A DNA stretch of 64,000 bases from an uncultured delta proteobacterium (GCA_963822965.1 CAWGJT010000010.1:1056001-1120000), one strand, 5' to 3'. Positions 7,844 through 16,942 are shown, counted from the first letter of the stretch. The notes: generated by a model not told the origin, from the letters alone. Numbers and translations are program-made.

Positions 7844-10612
7844 GTGGGGGCGACCCGGGCGGCGGTCGTAGGGGGGCTGGTGGTGCTGCTCGGGCTGGCC
7901 TGGGCGGCTTCGGGCCGGGCGGCGCCCTATGCCGAGCAGGTGACCGCCGAGAACGCGGCACGGCGCCTGGTCGGAGGCAGCGACGCCACCGGAGGCATCG
8001 GCGATTGGGCGCTCGGCAACGGGGTGCTGTGCGCGGTCATCTCCGATCCGAGCCACGAGTCGCATCTCACGCCCCTGGGCGGCACCCTCATCGATCTCGG
8101 CCGCTGCGGGCTCGCCCACGACCAGTGGGTCGGTGCCGAGACCCTCTTCAACATGTCCCGCGATCACATGCTGGGGGCCACGGCGATCCGGGCCGAGCCC
8201 CGGAGCCCGGACGGCTCGGTGGCCATCGTCGCGAGCGCCCGCCTGCAGGGGCTCGCGATCGAGACCCGCTACGCGCTGACGCCCGAGCACCCGGAAGCCC
8301 TCCTGATCGAGACGCGCGCCCTGCGGCTGCCGCCGACCGAGACGGGGCAGGACGCCGAGCGGGCCTTCCTCTTCGGCGACGTCGTGCTGCACGGCCGCCG
8401 GCAGCTCGCCCCGTTCACCCTGCACGTGGATGCCGCGGGTCTGCCCCTCTTCGACGCGGGCAGCGTGGGGTTCGCGCACCCGCCTTCGGATCCCGACGAC
8501 ATGCTGACCATGGTCCGGGCCATCCTGCCTGCGAACCTGCACGTGCTGGTCGGCGGCGGCTCCCAGCGGCCCGGCGTCGCCTACGGCGTCCGCCTGCTGG
8601 GCGGGCGCCTGGAAGGGCCGGACGGCAGCACGCGGCCGCTCCCCCAGCTCGCCATCAACGGAGAGAGCTTCACCATGCAGGCCGTCTTCACGCGGCCCCT
8701 CTACTTCGGAGGCGAGGACGGCATCGGCTGGCTCGAGCTGGGGCAGACCCTGCTGATGGACCTCGAGCCCGGGGAGACGCTCGTCCTGACCCGGGAGATC
8801 CTGGTGGGCGAGCGATCGGACGTGGCGTCGGTGACCGACCAGCTGTGGGGCTGGGCGCCGCTGCTGCGGGGGCGCGTGGAGCCCGAGGCCCGGGTCCACG
8901 TCGCGACACCCGAGGGCACTCCCGTGAGCGAGGTCCGACCGGACGCGTCGGGCGCATTCGCCCTGCACATTCCGGTCGGTCGCTACCGGCTGAGCGTGCG
9001 CGGTCCGATGGATCGCGTGCAGGAGCGGGAGGTCGAGGTGGGGGCGGCCGGACTCGACGCGGGCCCCCTCTCCCTTCCGGCGCTCGGTCGCGTGCTGCTG
9101 CCGCGCGGACGACCCATGCGCCTGGTCTTCCTGCCGGAGGGCTCGGACGAGCCCGTCGCGTTCGGGGACGACGAGCTCGACTTCCGGGTCGGCGAGCGGC
9201 GCCACGCGGACGGCGGAGAAGGCCCGTACGTGTCCCTGGCCGGCGTCGAGTCGGACCCGGAGACGGTGTCGCTGCGGGCCGGCGCCTACCGCGTGCTGGC
9301 CACGCGGGGGCCGGAGTTCGATCTCGGCGAGGCGCGCGTCGAGGCGGTGGCCGGCGAGACGGTCCCGCTCCAGATCGACTCGCCCGCCCGGGTGCTCGAG
9401 CATCCGGGCTGGGTCTCGGCCGACCTCCACGTACACAGCGAGTGGAGCGACGACTCGAACTTCGCGATCGATCGCCGCATCGCCGCCTTCGCCGCCGAGG
9501 GCGCCGACCTGATGGTCTCGACCGAGCACGACCGCGTCACCGACTACGCGCCGGAGATCGCCCGCCTCGGACTCACCGGCCGGATCGCCAGCCTCGTCGG
9601 CGTCGAGGTGACGAGCAGCGCCCACAGCGCCGCGGCACCGTTCACCGCGGGCCACGCCAACGTCTACCCGCTCCCGCACGACGGCCGGGCCTTTCGCGGC
9701 GGTGCGCCCCGCGGCGAAGGGCGGCGGCTGCGCGCCATGATGGAGGACGTGCGGCGGCTGCCGGGGCGCCGCATCGTGCAGCTGAACCACCCGCGCAGCA
9801 AGCACGGCAGCATCGGCGATCTCAACTTCTTCACCCACCTGTCGGTCGCCGGCGAGCCGTTCCGACCTGCGGAGCCCCTGGCGGCCTGGCCGAACCGGGT
9901 GCTCCTCGACCGCGACTCCGAGCACGGCCCGCGGGACCTCGACTTCGACGTGCTCGAGGTGTGGAACGGCGACTCCCTACGCCAGTTCCGCGCGACCCGG
10001 GCGGACTGGTACTCGCTCCTGCTCCAGGGCGAGGTCCGGGCCGGGGTCGCCAACAGCGACTCACACGTGCGCGGCGAGCTCGTCGCGCACCCGCGCACCT
10101 ACGTGCGGCTTCCACGGGATGCGAAGATCGACCTGGCCGCCTTCGACGGCGCCGTCTTCGTCGAGGCGCTGCGCGGGGCCCACGCGTACGGCACGTCGGG
10201 CCCGCTCCTCGACGTGACGCTCACCGCGCCGGGCGACGGCCCAAGCGGCGCGAGCGCAATGGGCGATCTCTACCGGGGAAGCGCGGGGCGGCTCCGGGTG
10301 GGGGTGCAGGCGGCACCGTGGGTGCCCGTGTCGCGGCTCGTCGTCCGATGGAACGGCGAGCGGATCCACGACGAGCCCATCTCGGCCGGCGCCGCGGTGG
10401 AGCACGACCTGGCCTTCGACCGGGACGGCTTCGTCACGGTCGAGGTGAGCGGCGAGCCCTCCGGCGACTACGCCCGGGTGGTGCCCGGCTTCGTGCCCTT
10501 CGCGTTCTCGAACCCCATCTTCGTCGACGCCGATGGCGACGGGCGCTTCACGGCGCCGGGGCTGCCGTCGCAGGCGCTGCCCATCCTCGATCCCGGGACC
10601 GACGACCTCTGA
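7844..10612 (+). CDS. Secreted CehA/McbA-like PHP-domain metallohydrolase
   Basis: Signal peptide; GWVSADLHVHS, STEHD, GHAN, QLNHPR, EVWNG, ANSDSH, TSGP, FSNPIFVD. Confidence 0.85.
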   Translation: MGATRAAVVGGLVVLLGLAWAASGRAAPYAEQVTAENAARRLVGGSDATGGIGDWALGNGVLCAVISDPSHESHLTPLGGTLIDLGRCGLAHDQWVGAETLFNMSRDHMLGATAIRAEPRSPDGSVAIVASARLQGLAIETRYALTPEHPEALLIETRALRLPPTETGQDAERAFLFGDVVLHGRRQLAPFTLHVDAAGLPLFDAGSVGFAHPPSDPDDMLTMVRAILPANLHVLVGGGSQRPGVAYGVRLLGGRLEGPDGSTRPLPQLAINGESFTMQAVFTRPLYFGGEDGIGWLELGQTLLMDLEPGETLVLTREILVGERSDVASVTDQLWGWAPLLRGRVEPEARVHVATPEGTPVSEVRPDASGAFALHIPVGRYRLSVRGPMDRVQEREVEVGAAGLDAGPLSLPALGRVLLPRGRPMRLVFLPEGSDEPVAFGDDELDFRVGERRHADGGEGPYVSLAGVESDPETVSLRAGAYRVLATRGPEFDLGEARVEAVAGETVPLQIDSPARVLEHPGWVSADLHVHSEWSDDSNFAIDRRIAAFAAEGADLMVSTEHDRVTDYAPEIARLGLTGRIASLVGVEVTSSAHSAAAPFTAGHANVYPLPHDGRAFRGGAPRGEGRRLRAMMEDVRRLPGRRIVQLNHPRSKHGSIGDLNFFTHLSVAGEPFRPAEPLAAWPNRVLLDRDSEHGPRDLDFDVLEVWNGDSLRQFRATRADWYSLLLQGEVRAGVANSDSHVRGELVAHPRTYVRLPRDAKIDLAAFDGAVFVEALRGAHAYGTSGPLLDVTLTAPGDGPSGASAMGDLYRGSAGRLRVGVQAAPWVPVSRLVVRWNGERIHDEPISAGAAVEHDLAFDRDGFVTVEVSGEPSGDYARVVPGFVPFAFSNPIFVDADGDGRFTAPGLPSQALPILDPGTDDL

Positions 10613-10627
10613 GCGCGCCCCTCCGGC

Positions 10628-11401
10628 TCAGAAGGCCGGCGGACCGGAAGAGACGCTTCGCACCTCGGTCTCGCTCTGCGGCGGGGTGGGCGCCGCCGTC
10701 GCGGAGACCGCGAGATCCAGCGCGGGGTTGCCCCCCGGTGCCGTCACGTGCGCCTGCGACGCGAGCTCGCTGAACCGCGCCTCCCCCAGGGCCGAGTACG
10801 TCGAGAACTGCGTGAGCGGCGAATCGATGGCGAGATAGCCCACGGCGTTCACGTAGCCGCGATCGCGGTCGTAGGGCCGGGCCGGGACCGGCGTGCAGCG
10901 CGAGCTGCCCACGTCCTCGCAGAAGGGGTAGAGGGCACTCCCCCAGAGGTCCTCCACCCCCCGGAAGCCGCCGTTCCGGGTCGTGTCCATGCGTGCCCGC
11001 ACGTGGGCCCGGATCTGGCTCGTGGTGAAGCCCCAGTCGATCACGTACGCGAAGGCGCCGGTGAACGAGGCCGACACGACCTGATCCGTCTCGGGATCGA
11101 AGACCCAGACATAGTCGCTGAAGCTGCCGGGGACGGGATTGTTCTCGCGAAAGAGGCTCTGCTCGAGCACGTCCCCGCCCACACGCACCACGATCTGGCC
11201 GAGCTCGTTGCGCTCGAGCCAAGCCGCAAAGGGCTTCGTGTAGACCCGGTCCAGCAGGTCGGGTCGCTCGCTGGGGGAATCCTCGAACTGCACCACCACC
11301 CAGCGCGGGGTCGGGTCGGACAGGTGCATGGGCTCGGCGTGCGCGGCGCTCTGGAGGACGAGCGACAGCAGACAGACGATCCCGACGCTTCGAGGGTGCA
11401 T
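10628..11401 (-). CDS. Hypothetical exported protein
   Basis: 257 aa, signal peptide ending AHA, coding-like composition; no family recognised. Confidence 0.7.
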   Translation of the reverse strand: MHPRSVGIVCLLSLVLQSAAHAEPMHLSDPTPRWVVVQFEDSPSERPDLLDRVYTKPFAAWLERNELGQIVVRVGGDVLEQSLFRENNPVPGSFSDYVWVFDPETDQVVSASFTGAFAYVIDWGFTTSQIRAHVRARMDTTRNGGFRGVEDLWGSALYPFCEDVGSSRCTPVPARPYDRDRGYVNAVGYLAIDSPLTQFSTYSALGEARFSELASQAHVTAPGGNPALDLAVSATAAPTPPQSETEVRSVSSGPPAF

Positions 11402-11801
11402 GTGCGTGGTTCCAGCTCCCGGTCTCCCCGTCGTGCCTTCGACGGGTCTCTCGCTGGGGTACCTGCAAGCGGAATACCAAGAAGCCGCGCCCGGAGGCGC
11501 CGCCGGAAGCGCTCCAGGCCGTCCTCACGACGGCCGACCCCGCAATTCCTCGCGGGGTGTGGAGAACGTTTCCCGATCCCGCGAAAGGCCCGTCCTCGCA
11601 TCCGCCGGCGTGTCGCGCCACCTCCGACCCGGGCCGCCCGGACGGGCCGCCTTTCGTGACGCAGCGCACCAGAGCCCTACCGACACAGTAGTGAGTCGAG
11701 TGACCACGCGATCGGATCGAGTGGCCGTGCGTGCGATCGGTCACGCGCGCGCCGTGTTCCCCGTCACGCCGGGTTTCTTTTCGCCGGTCTGCACTTGCGC
11801 C

Positions 11802-11817
11802 CGTGATTGCAGTCACG
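11802..11817. promoter_or_regulatory. CRP/FNR-family-like palindromic site
   Basis: CGTGA-TTGCAG-TCACG; weaker copies at 11655-11670, 11730-11745 and 11753-11768. Confidence 0.4.
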
Positions 11818-11821
11818 AGTC

Positions 11822-11865
11822 CGCCCGTCTTCGCACCCGAGAGCGCCCGTCTTCGCACCCGAGAG
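11822..11865. repeat. Perfect 22-bp tandem duplication
   Basis: CGCCCGTCTTCGCACCCGAGAG x2. Confidence 0.95.
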
Positions 11866-11904
11866 AGAGTCATCGCGTCTGGCGACACAGCGAGGTTGGA
11901 TTCC

Positions 11905-13074
11905 ATGCGATGCACTCTTCGAAGCTCCCCCTTTCGTCCCGGTCTCGAGGCGGCGACGCGGTGCGTCGCCCTCGGCGTCCTCCTGCTCTGCACCACCCTC
12001 GCGGGCAATGCCTGGGGAATCGTCGTCGAGGGCACCACGGCGGAGTTCGCCTGGACGCCGGCGTCCGGCCCGGTGGCCGGCTACCGGGTGTTCGTGATCC
12101 GGAACGGGGTGGCCGGGACGGCACCCGAGGTGGAGGTGTCGGCGACGACGGCGACCATCTATAGCCAGCTGGACGACACCATCGCCGTGCAGGTCGCGGC
12201 CTTCGACGGGGCGGGCAACGAGGGTCCGCTGAGCCCGGCCTCCGAGAGCGTGACCCTGACCGCGCCTCCCCCGCCTCCCCCGCCCCCCTATGTCGTCGTC
12301 GAGGCTTCGGGCGACTTCTCGCTGCAGCAGGCGCTGGACACGGCCGCGCCGGGCGAGCAGGTCGTCGTCCAGCTGCAGGGCACCACCAAGCAGCTGCTGG
12401 ACGCGGCCCCGCCCGGCGACCTCGCGGACGGCGAGACGTGGGGCCTCGACCAGCTCATCGTCGGCTCACCCAGCCAGCCCACCAAGGTCCGCCTGGTCGA
12501 CGCGGTCGGGCTCGACCTGGCCTCGCCCCTGGCAGACCTGCCCCCGATCACCCTGGCGGGGCTCGGCAACGGCGCCCCCTGCGCCCGCGACGGCGGGCCC
12601 GGTCTCATCATCGCGCCCGGCTCCCAGCTGGTGCTGGGCGGGATCGATCTCTTCGTGTTCGACGGCGAGACCTGCGTCCATCTGAACGAGCGATTCCCCG
12701 GCCCGTCGGATCCGAACGTCATCGCCTACGACGGCGGGGAGATCCTGCTCTACGGCGATCTCGAGGACGACGGCGTGCTCGACCCCGACGACAACTGCCT
12801 CATCGAGGTGAACCCCGACCAGTGTGACGGGGATCGGGACGGCTTCGGCAACCGCTGCGACTTCGACAGCAACGGCGACAACGTGGTGGATCTCACGGAC
12901 ATCACGGCCGTGATGGTGGCCGCGCGCAAGGTGAGCACGTCACCCGTGCTCGACTTCAACTGCGACGGCGCGGTGGGCCTCGACGACTTCAGCCTGATCA
13001 TGAACCGGCTCGACCACTTCGTTGGCCCCTCCGGTCTCGCCTGCACGGTCGACGCCACCTGCGCCGGACCGTGA
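11905..13074 (+). CDS. Secreted protein: FN3-like domain, Pro linker, thrombospondin type 3 repeat and dockerin-like C-terminus
   Basis: Signal peptide; poly-Pro; DDGVLDPDDNC...NPDQCDGDRDGFGNRCD; DSNGDNVVDLTD and DFNCDGAVGLDD Ca-binding loops. Confidence 0.8.
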   Translation: MRCTLRSSPFRPGLEAATRCVALGVLLLCTTLAGNAWGIVVEGTTAEFAWTPASGPVAGYRVFVIRNGVAGTAPEVEVSATTATIYSQLDDTIAVQVAAFDGAGNEGPLSPASESVTLTAPPPPPPPPYVVVEASGDFSLQQALDTAAPGEQVVVQLQGTTKQLLDAAPPGDLADGETWGLDQLIVGSPSQPTKVRLVDAVGLDLASPLADLPPITLAGLGNGAPCARDGGPGLIIAPGSQLVLGGIDLFVFDGETCVHLNERFPGPSDPNVIAYDGGEILLYGDLEDDGVLDPDDNCLIEVNPDQCDGDRDGFGNRCDFDSNGDNVVDLTDITAVMVAARKVSTSPVLDFNCDGAVGLDDFSLIMNRLDHFVGPSGLACTVDATCAGP

Positions 13075-13213
13075 GCAGCCAGGCTTCGGTGCGTCGGTCG
13101 GTCCGGGTCCCGCCGTTTCCCCATCCCGGATCGACCGCCCTCGCCCGCCCCGGACCCCACGCCGGGGCGGGCGCTTCACCGGAGCCGCCCGTGTCCTGCC
13201 TGGACGCAGCGCC

Positions 13214-13242
13214 TTGACGTGGATCGCCGGTTCTGGCACGTT
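13214..13242 (+). promoter_or_regulatory. Putative sigma70 promoter for the trp leader
   Basis: TTGACG-17 nt-CACGTT with an extended TG; the A of ATG 13250 lies 8 nt downstream, consistent with a leaderless start. Confidence 0.5.
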
Positions 13243-13249
13243 GCGCGCC

Positions 13250-13569
13250 ATGTCGTGCCGTCCGCAACCGTTCCCGGCTACTTCGGCCGTCTCGTCGTTT
13301 CGAGCTTCGGCCGTCTCGTCGTTTCGAGCTTCGGCCGTCTCGTCGTTTCGGACGCCTCTTCGTTTCGGACTTCGGCCGTCTCGTCGTTTCGGACTTCGGC
13401 CGTCTCGTCGTTTCGGACTTCGGCCGTCTCGTCGTTTCGGACTTCGGCCGTCTCGTCGTTTCGGACTTCGGCCGTCTCGTCGTTTCGGACTTCGGCCGTC
13501 TCGTCGTTCCGGGCTTCGGCCGTCTCGTGGTGGTGGTGTGTCTCCCTTCCGGAGGTAGCCACCGGGTAA
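13250..13569 (+). CDS. trpL: trp attenuator leader peptide (TrpL-like) containing a tandem-repeat array
   Basis: TGG TGG TGG at 13528-13536, TAA at 13567-13569, followed by a terminator and trpE(G). ATG 13250 is one base out of frame with WWW; GTG 13255 and GTG 13219 are in frame. Confidence 0.7.
13281..13528. repeat. 24-bp tandem repeat array (9 full units, one 17-nt degenerate unit, one partial unit)
   Basis: CTTCGGCCGTCTCGTCGTTTCGGA at 13281, 13305, 13329, 13370, 13394, 13418, 13442, 13466, 13490 (minor 3' variants); degenerate unit 13353-13369; partial from 13514. Confidence 0.97.
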
Positions 13570-13605
13570 CGGCGCTCGCCCACGATCGACACGCGAGCCG
13601 CACGC

Positions 13606-13652
13606 AAACGGAACGAAAAGGCCGCCTCGGGAGAGGCGGCCTTTCCGTTTCT
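13606..13652 (+). terminator. Attenuator terminator hairpin upstream of trpE(G)
   Basis: AAAGGCCGCCTC-GGGA-GAGGCGGCCTTT then CCGTTTCT; extendable AAACGGAA/TTCCGTTT pairing. Confidence 0.85.
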
Positions 13653-13716
13653 GGGGTCCCTGCCATCCCACCCGACCGGAATCGCCTCCTCCTCGAGGAA
13701 CACGAGGAGAGACCCC

Positions 13717-15969
13717 ATGGACCGAGCGAGCGAGTGCCTGTGCCGGCGGTACGTCACGGCGGGTGGAATCGAGATCGTCCGCAGCGAGGAGATCGACGCG
13801 GGAGCCGACCGGGGGCGCGCGGCCATCGAGGCCCTGGTCGACGCCCTCGACACGCGACGGGGTGCGGTCTTCGCGTCCACGTGCGAGGTGCCGGGACGCT
13901 ACGCGCGCTGGGATCGCGGCTTCGTGGATCCGCCCCTCGCCATCGAGGCGCGCGGGCGACGCGTGCGCCTGCGAGCCCTGAACGAGCGCGGCCTGGTGTT
14001 GCTGCCCGCGGTGGCCCGCGCCGGGGAGGCGACCCAGGGCGCGCGACGGCTCCCCGGTGACGACCGGGCCGTCGAGCTCGAGATCGTCTCGCCGGCCGGC
14101 TGCTTTCCCGAGGAGGACCGCAGCCGGCAGCCGTCGGTCTTCGCGCTGCTCCGCCGGCTCGTCTCCCTGTTCGCGTGCCCCGCCGAGCCCGACCTCGGGC
14201 TCTACGGGGCCTTCGGCTACGACCTGGCCTTCCAGTTCGACCCCCTGGCGCTGCGCCACGAGCGTTCGCCGGACCAGCGCGACCTGGTGGTCTACCTGCC
14301 CGACGAGATCGTCCTGGTGGACCACCGCCGCGAACGCAGCCATCGCGTACGCTACGAATTCGTCGTCGACGGGGTGTCCACCGCGGGGCTGCCCCGCGCG
14401 GGCGACCGGGAGCCCTACCGCCCCGGCCGGCTCTCCCGGGGCAGCGATCACGAGCCCGGCGAGTACGCACAGGTGGTGCGCCGCGCCCGCGCCGCCTTCG
14501 CCCGGGGCGACCTCTTCGAGGTGGTTCCGAGCCAGGTCTTCTCCGAGGCCTGCCCGAGCCCGCCCTCGGAGGTCTTCCGCCGGCTGCGCAGCCGCAACCC
14601 CGCCCCCTACGGGTTCCTCGTCCATCTCGGAGAGCGGGAGCTCCTGGTCGGAGCGTCGCCCGAGATGTACGTGCGCGTGGGCGACGCGGCCGGACGCCCT
14701 GCCGACCCGTCGCGCGGTCGGCAGGTGGAGACCTGCCCCATCGCCGGCACGATCGCTCGCGGACGGGACGCGCTGGAGGACGCGGCGCGCATCGCCGAGC
14801 TGCTCGCCTCGGAGAAGGACGCCTGCGAGCTCACCATGTGCACCGATGTGGACCGCAACGACAAGAGCCGCGTGTGCGAGCCGGGCAGCGTACGGGTGGT
14901 GGGGCGCCGCCAGATCGAGATGTATTCCCGTCTCATCCACACCGTCGACCACGTGGTCGGCACCCTGTTGCCCGACCGCGACGCCCTGGACGCCTTCCTG
15001 AGCCACGCCTGGGCGGTCACCGTGACCGGCGCGCCGAAGCACGCCGCCATGCGCTTCATCGAAGACCACGAGCTCTCGCCCCGCCGCTGGTACGGCGGCG
15101 CCGTCGGCCGCATCGGCTTCGACGGTCGCCTCGACACCGGGCTCGTGCTGCGGACCGTCCGCATCGCGGAAGGCGTCGCCGAGGTGCGGGTGGGGGCGAC
15201 GCTGCTGCACGATTCGGATCCCGAATCCGAGGAAGAGGAGACCCGTCTCAAGGCGGCGGCGCTGATCGACGCCATCCGCCGGCCCGACGGCGCCGTGGAC
15301 CCCGCGTGCGCTCCACCGCGCGTGCTCGAGGAGTCTCCGGGCAGCGGACGGCGGGTCCTGCTCGTGGACGCCCAGGACTCGTTCGTCCACACCCTCGCCG
15401 ACTACTTCCGCCAGACGGGAGCCCGGGTGAAGACCCTGCGCGCGGGCTTCCCGCCCGGCGATCTCGTCCACTACGAGCCCGACCTGGTGGTGCTGTCACC
15501 GGGCCCCGGGCGTCCGGCGGACTTCGGCCTCGCGGCGGTGCTCGGGGAAGCGGCGCGGCTCGGCCTGCCGGTCTTCGGGGTTTGTCTCGGACTGCAGGCC
15601 ATCGCCGAGCACGCCGGCGGCGAGCTCGGCGTGCTGGCCGAGCCGGTGCACGGCAAAGCGTCGCGCATCCGGGTGCTGGGAGGGCGTCTCTTCGAAGGGT
15701 TGCCGCGCTGCTTCCGGGCCGGGCGCTACCACTCGCTCCACGCCCGCCGCGAGAGCCTCCCCCCGGACGTCCGCGTCACCGCCGTGGACGACGCCGATCG
15801 GGTGATGGCCCTCGAGCTCGCGTCCCTGCCGATGGCGGCGGTGCAGTTCCATCCGGAGTCGATCCTCACCAGCGGCGACGACCTCGGTCGCCGGCTGGTG
15901 CGAAACGTGGTGGGCGGGCTGCCCGTGCGCGCCCGCAGGCGCGCCTCCCGCGACCTGCTGGCTTCCTGA
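13717..15969 (+). CDS. trpE: Fused anthranilate synthase TrpE(G)
   Basis: LGLYGAFGYDLAFQF, GDLFEVVPSQ, ETCPIAGT, ELTMCTDVDRNDKSR, WYGGAVG; GATase part DSFVHTLADY, SPGPG, GVCLG, GRYHS, QFHPESI. Confidence 0.96.
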   Translation: MDRASECLCRRYVTAGGIEIVRSEEIDAGADRGRAAIEALVDALDTRRGAVFASTCEVPGRYARWDRGFVDPPLAIEARGRRVRLRALNERGLVLLPAVARAGEATQGARRLPGDDRAVELEIVSPAGCFPEEDRSRQPSVFALLRRLVSLFACPAEPDLGLYGAFGYDLAFQFDPLALRHERSPDQRDLVVYLPDEIVLVDHRRERSHRVRYEFVVDGVSTAGLPRAGDREPYRPGRLSRGSDHEPGEYAQVVRRARAAFARGDLFEVVPSQVFSEACPSPPSEVFRRLRSRNPAPYGFLVHLGERELLVGASPEMYVRVGDAAGRPADPSRGRQVETCPIAGTIARGRDALEDAARIAELLASEKDACELTMCTDVDRNDKSRVCEPGSVRVVGRRQIEMYSRLIHTVDHVVGTLLPDRDALDAFLSHAWAVTVTGAPKHAAMRFIEDHELSPRRWYGGAVGRIGFDGRLDTGLVLRTVRIAEGVAEVRVGATLLHDSDPESEEEETRLKAAALIDAIRRPDGAVDPACAPPRVLEESPGSGRRVLLVDAQDSFVHTLADYFRQTGARVKTLRAGFPPGDLVHYEPDLVVLSPGPGRPADFGLAAVLGEAARLGLPVFGVCLGLQAIAEHAGGELGVLAEPVHGKASRIRVLGGRLFEGLPRCFRAGRYHSLHARRESLPPDVRVTAVDDADRVMALELASLPMAAVQFHPESILTSGDDLGRRLVRNVVGGLPVRARRRASRDLLAS

Positions 15970-16024
15970 GGGACGCTATCGTTCGCCGTCCCGACGACGA
16001 AGGAACGATCGAGAAGGAATCCCG

Positions 16025-16942
16025 ATGCAGATGTCGACGATGTGGTTCCGGGCCTGTGCCCGTCTGACGGGTGCCACGGCCGTGCTCGCCCTGACGGCGG
16101 GCGCGGCCGCCGCCGAGGAGCCCGTCCCGGACCCCTCCCCCGCAGCCGCCCCCGCGCTCTCGACACCCTCGACGGCAGCTACGACGACGGACGGCGACGC
16201 GCTCACCGGCCATGACATCTACGAGAAGGTGCTCGACAACCGCTTCGACTCCTACAAGGAAGAGCTGGTCATGCGCTCCGGCGACCGCGGCGGCAACGTG
16301 CAGGCCACCGAGATGGAGCTCAAGTACAAGAGCTTTCGCAACGAGGGCGATCGGTTCCTCTCCAAGGTGATCATGAAATACCAGGCACCCCAGGACGTGC
16401 GGCACCTGGGCTACCTCGTCATCAACAAGACGGACGGCAGCGAGGACCAGTTCGTCTACCGGCCCAGCTCGCGGCGCGTGCAGCGCATCAACCTGCGGGG
16501 CGAGGCGATCTTCGGGACGGACTTCGCCTTCGAGGACATCATCCCGCAGGAGATCGAAGACGCGACCTACGAGCGCAAGCCGGACGACCAGCTCGAGGGC
16601 ACGCCGGTCTACGTGGTCCAGGTGACCCCCAAGGAGACGGCGGACTCGGAGTACTCGAAGCTCGACGTCTACGTGGCGCGAGACTCCTTCGTCGCCCTCA
16701 AGGTCCGCTACTGGGACCGGGACGGCCTCGAGATCAAGGAGCTGAACGCCGACCCCACGTCCATCGCGATGTTCGAGCACGCGGACGACGGTGCGACGAA
16801 GCAGATCTGGATCGCCCGGAAGCAGAAGGTGGTGCATCTGCGCCTCGAGTCCTGGACCGAGCTGGAGGTGACCGAGCTCGACCCGAGCATCGACCTCTCG
16901 AGTCGGCACTTCTCGGAGCGGCAGCTCACGAGCAGCCACTGA
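16025..16942 (+). CDS. Outer membrane lipoprotein-sorting (LolA-like) family protein
   Basis: Signal peptide; P.DVR..GYL, DQFVYRPSSRRVQRI, IFGTDFAFEDI, SEYSK motifs. Confidence 0.8.
   Translation: MQMSTMWFRACARLTGATAVLALTAGAAAAEEPVPDPSPAAAPALSTPSTAATTTDGDALTGHDIYEKVLDNRFDSYKEELVMRSGDRGGNVQATEMELKYKSFRNEGDRFLSKVIMKYQAPQDVRHLGYLVINKTDGSEDQFVYRPSSRRVQRINLRGEAIFGTDFAFEDIIPQEIEDATYERKPDDQLEGTPVYVVQVTPKETADSEYSKLDVYVARDSFVALKVRYWDRDGLEIKELNADPTSIAMFEHADDGATKQIWIARKQKVVHLRLESWTELEVTELDPSIDLSSRHFSERQLTSSH

Noticed and set aside
13234..13248. Sigma54 promoter TGGCACG-N4-GCGC
   Set aside because: GG-N10-GC spacing fits, but the -12 TTGC is poor and a sigma70 reading fits the ATG position better; not fully excluded.
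13281..13528. CRISPR array
   Set aside because: Units are head-to-tail with no unique spacers, and there are no cas genes in the window.
12998..13880. Minus-strand repeat proteins (ETAEVRND or TTRRPKSE repeats)
   Set aside because: Open only because the repeat lacks stops; they overlap real genes, while promoter, WWW and terminator all point to the plus strand.
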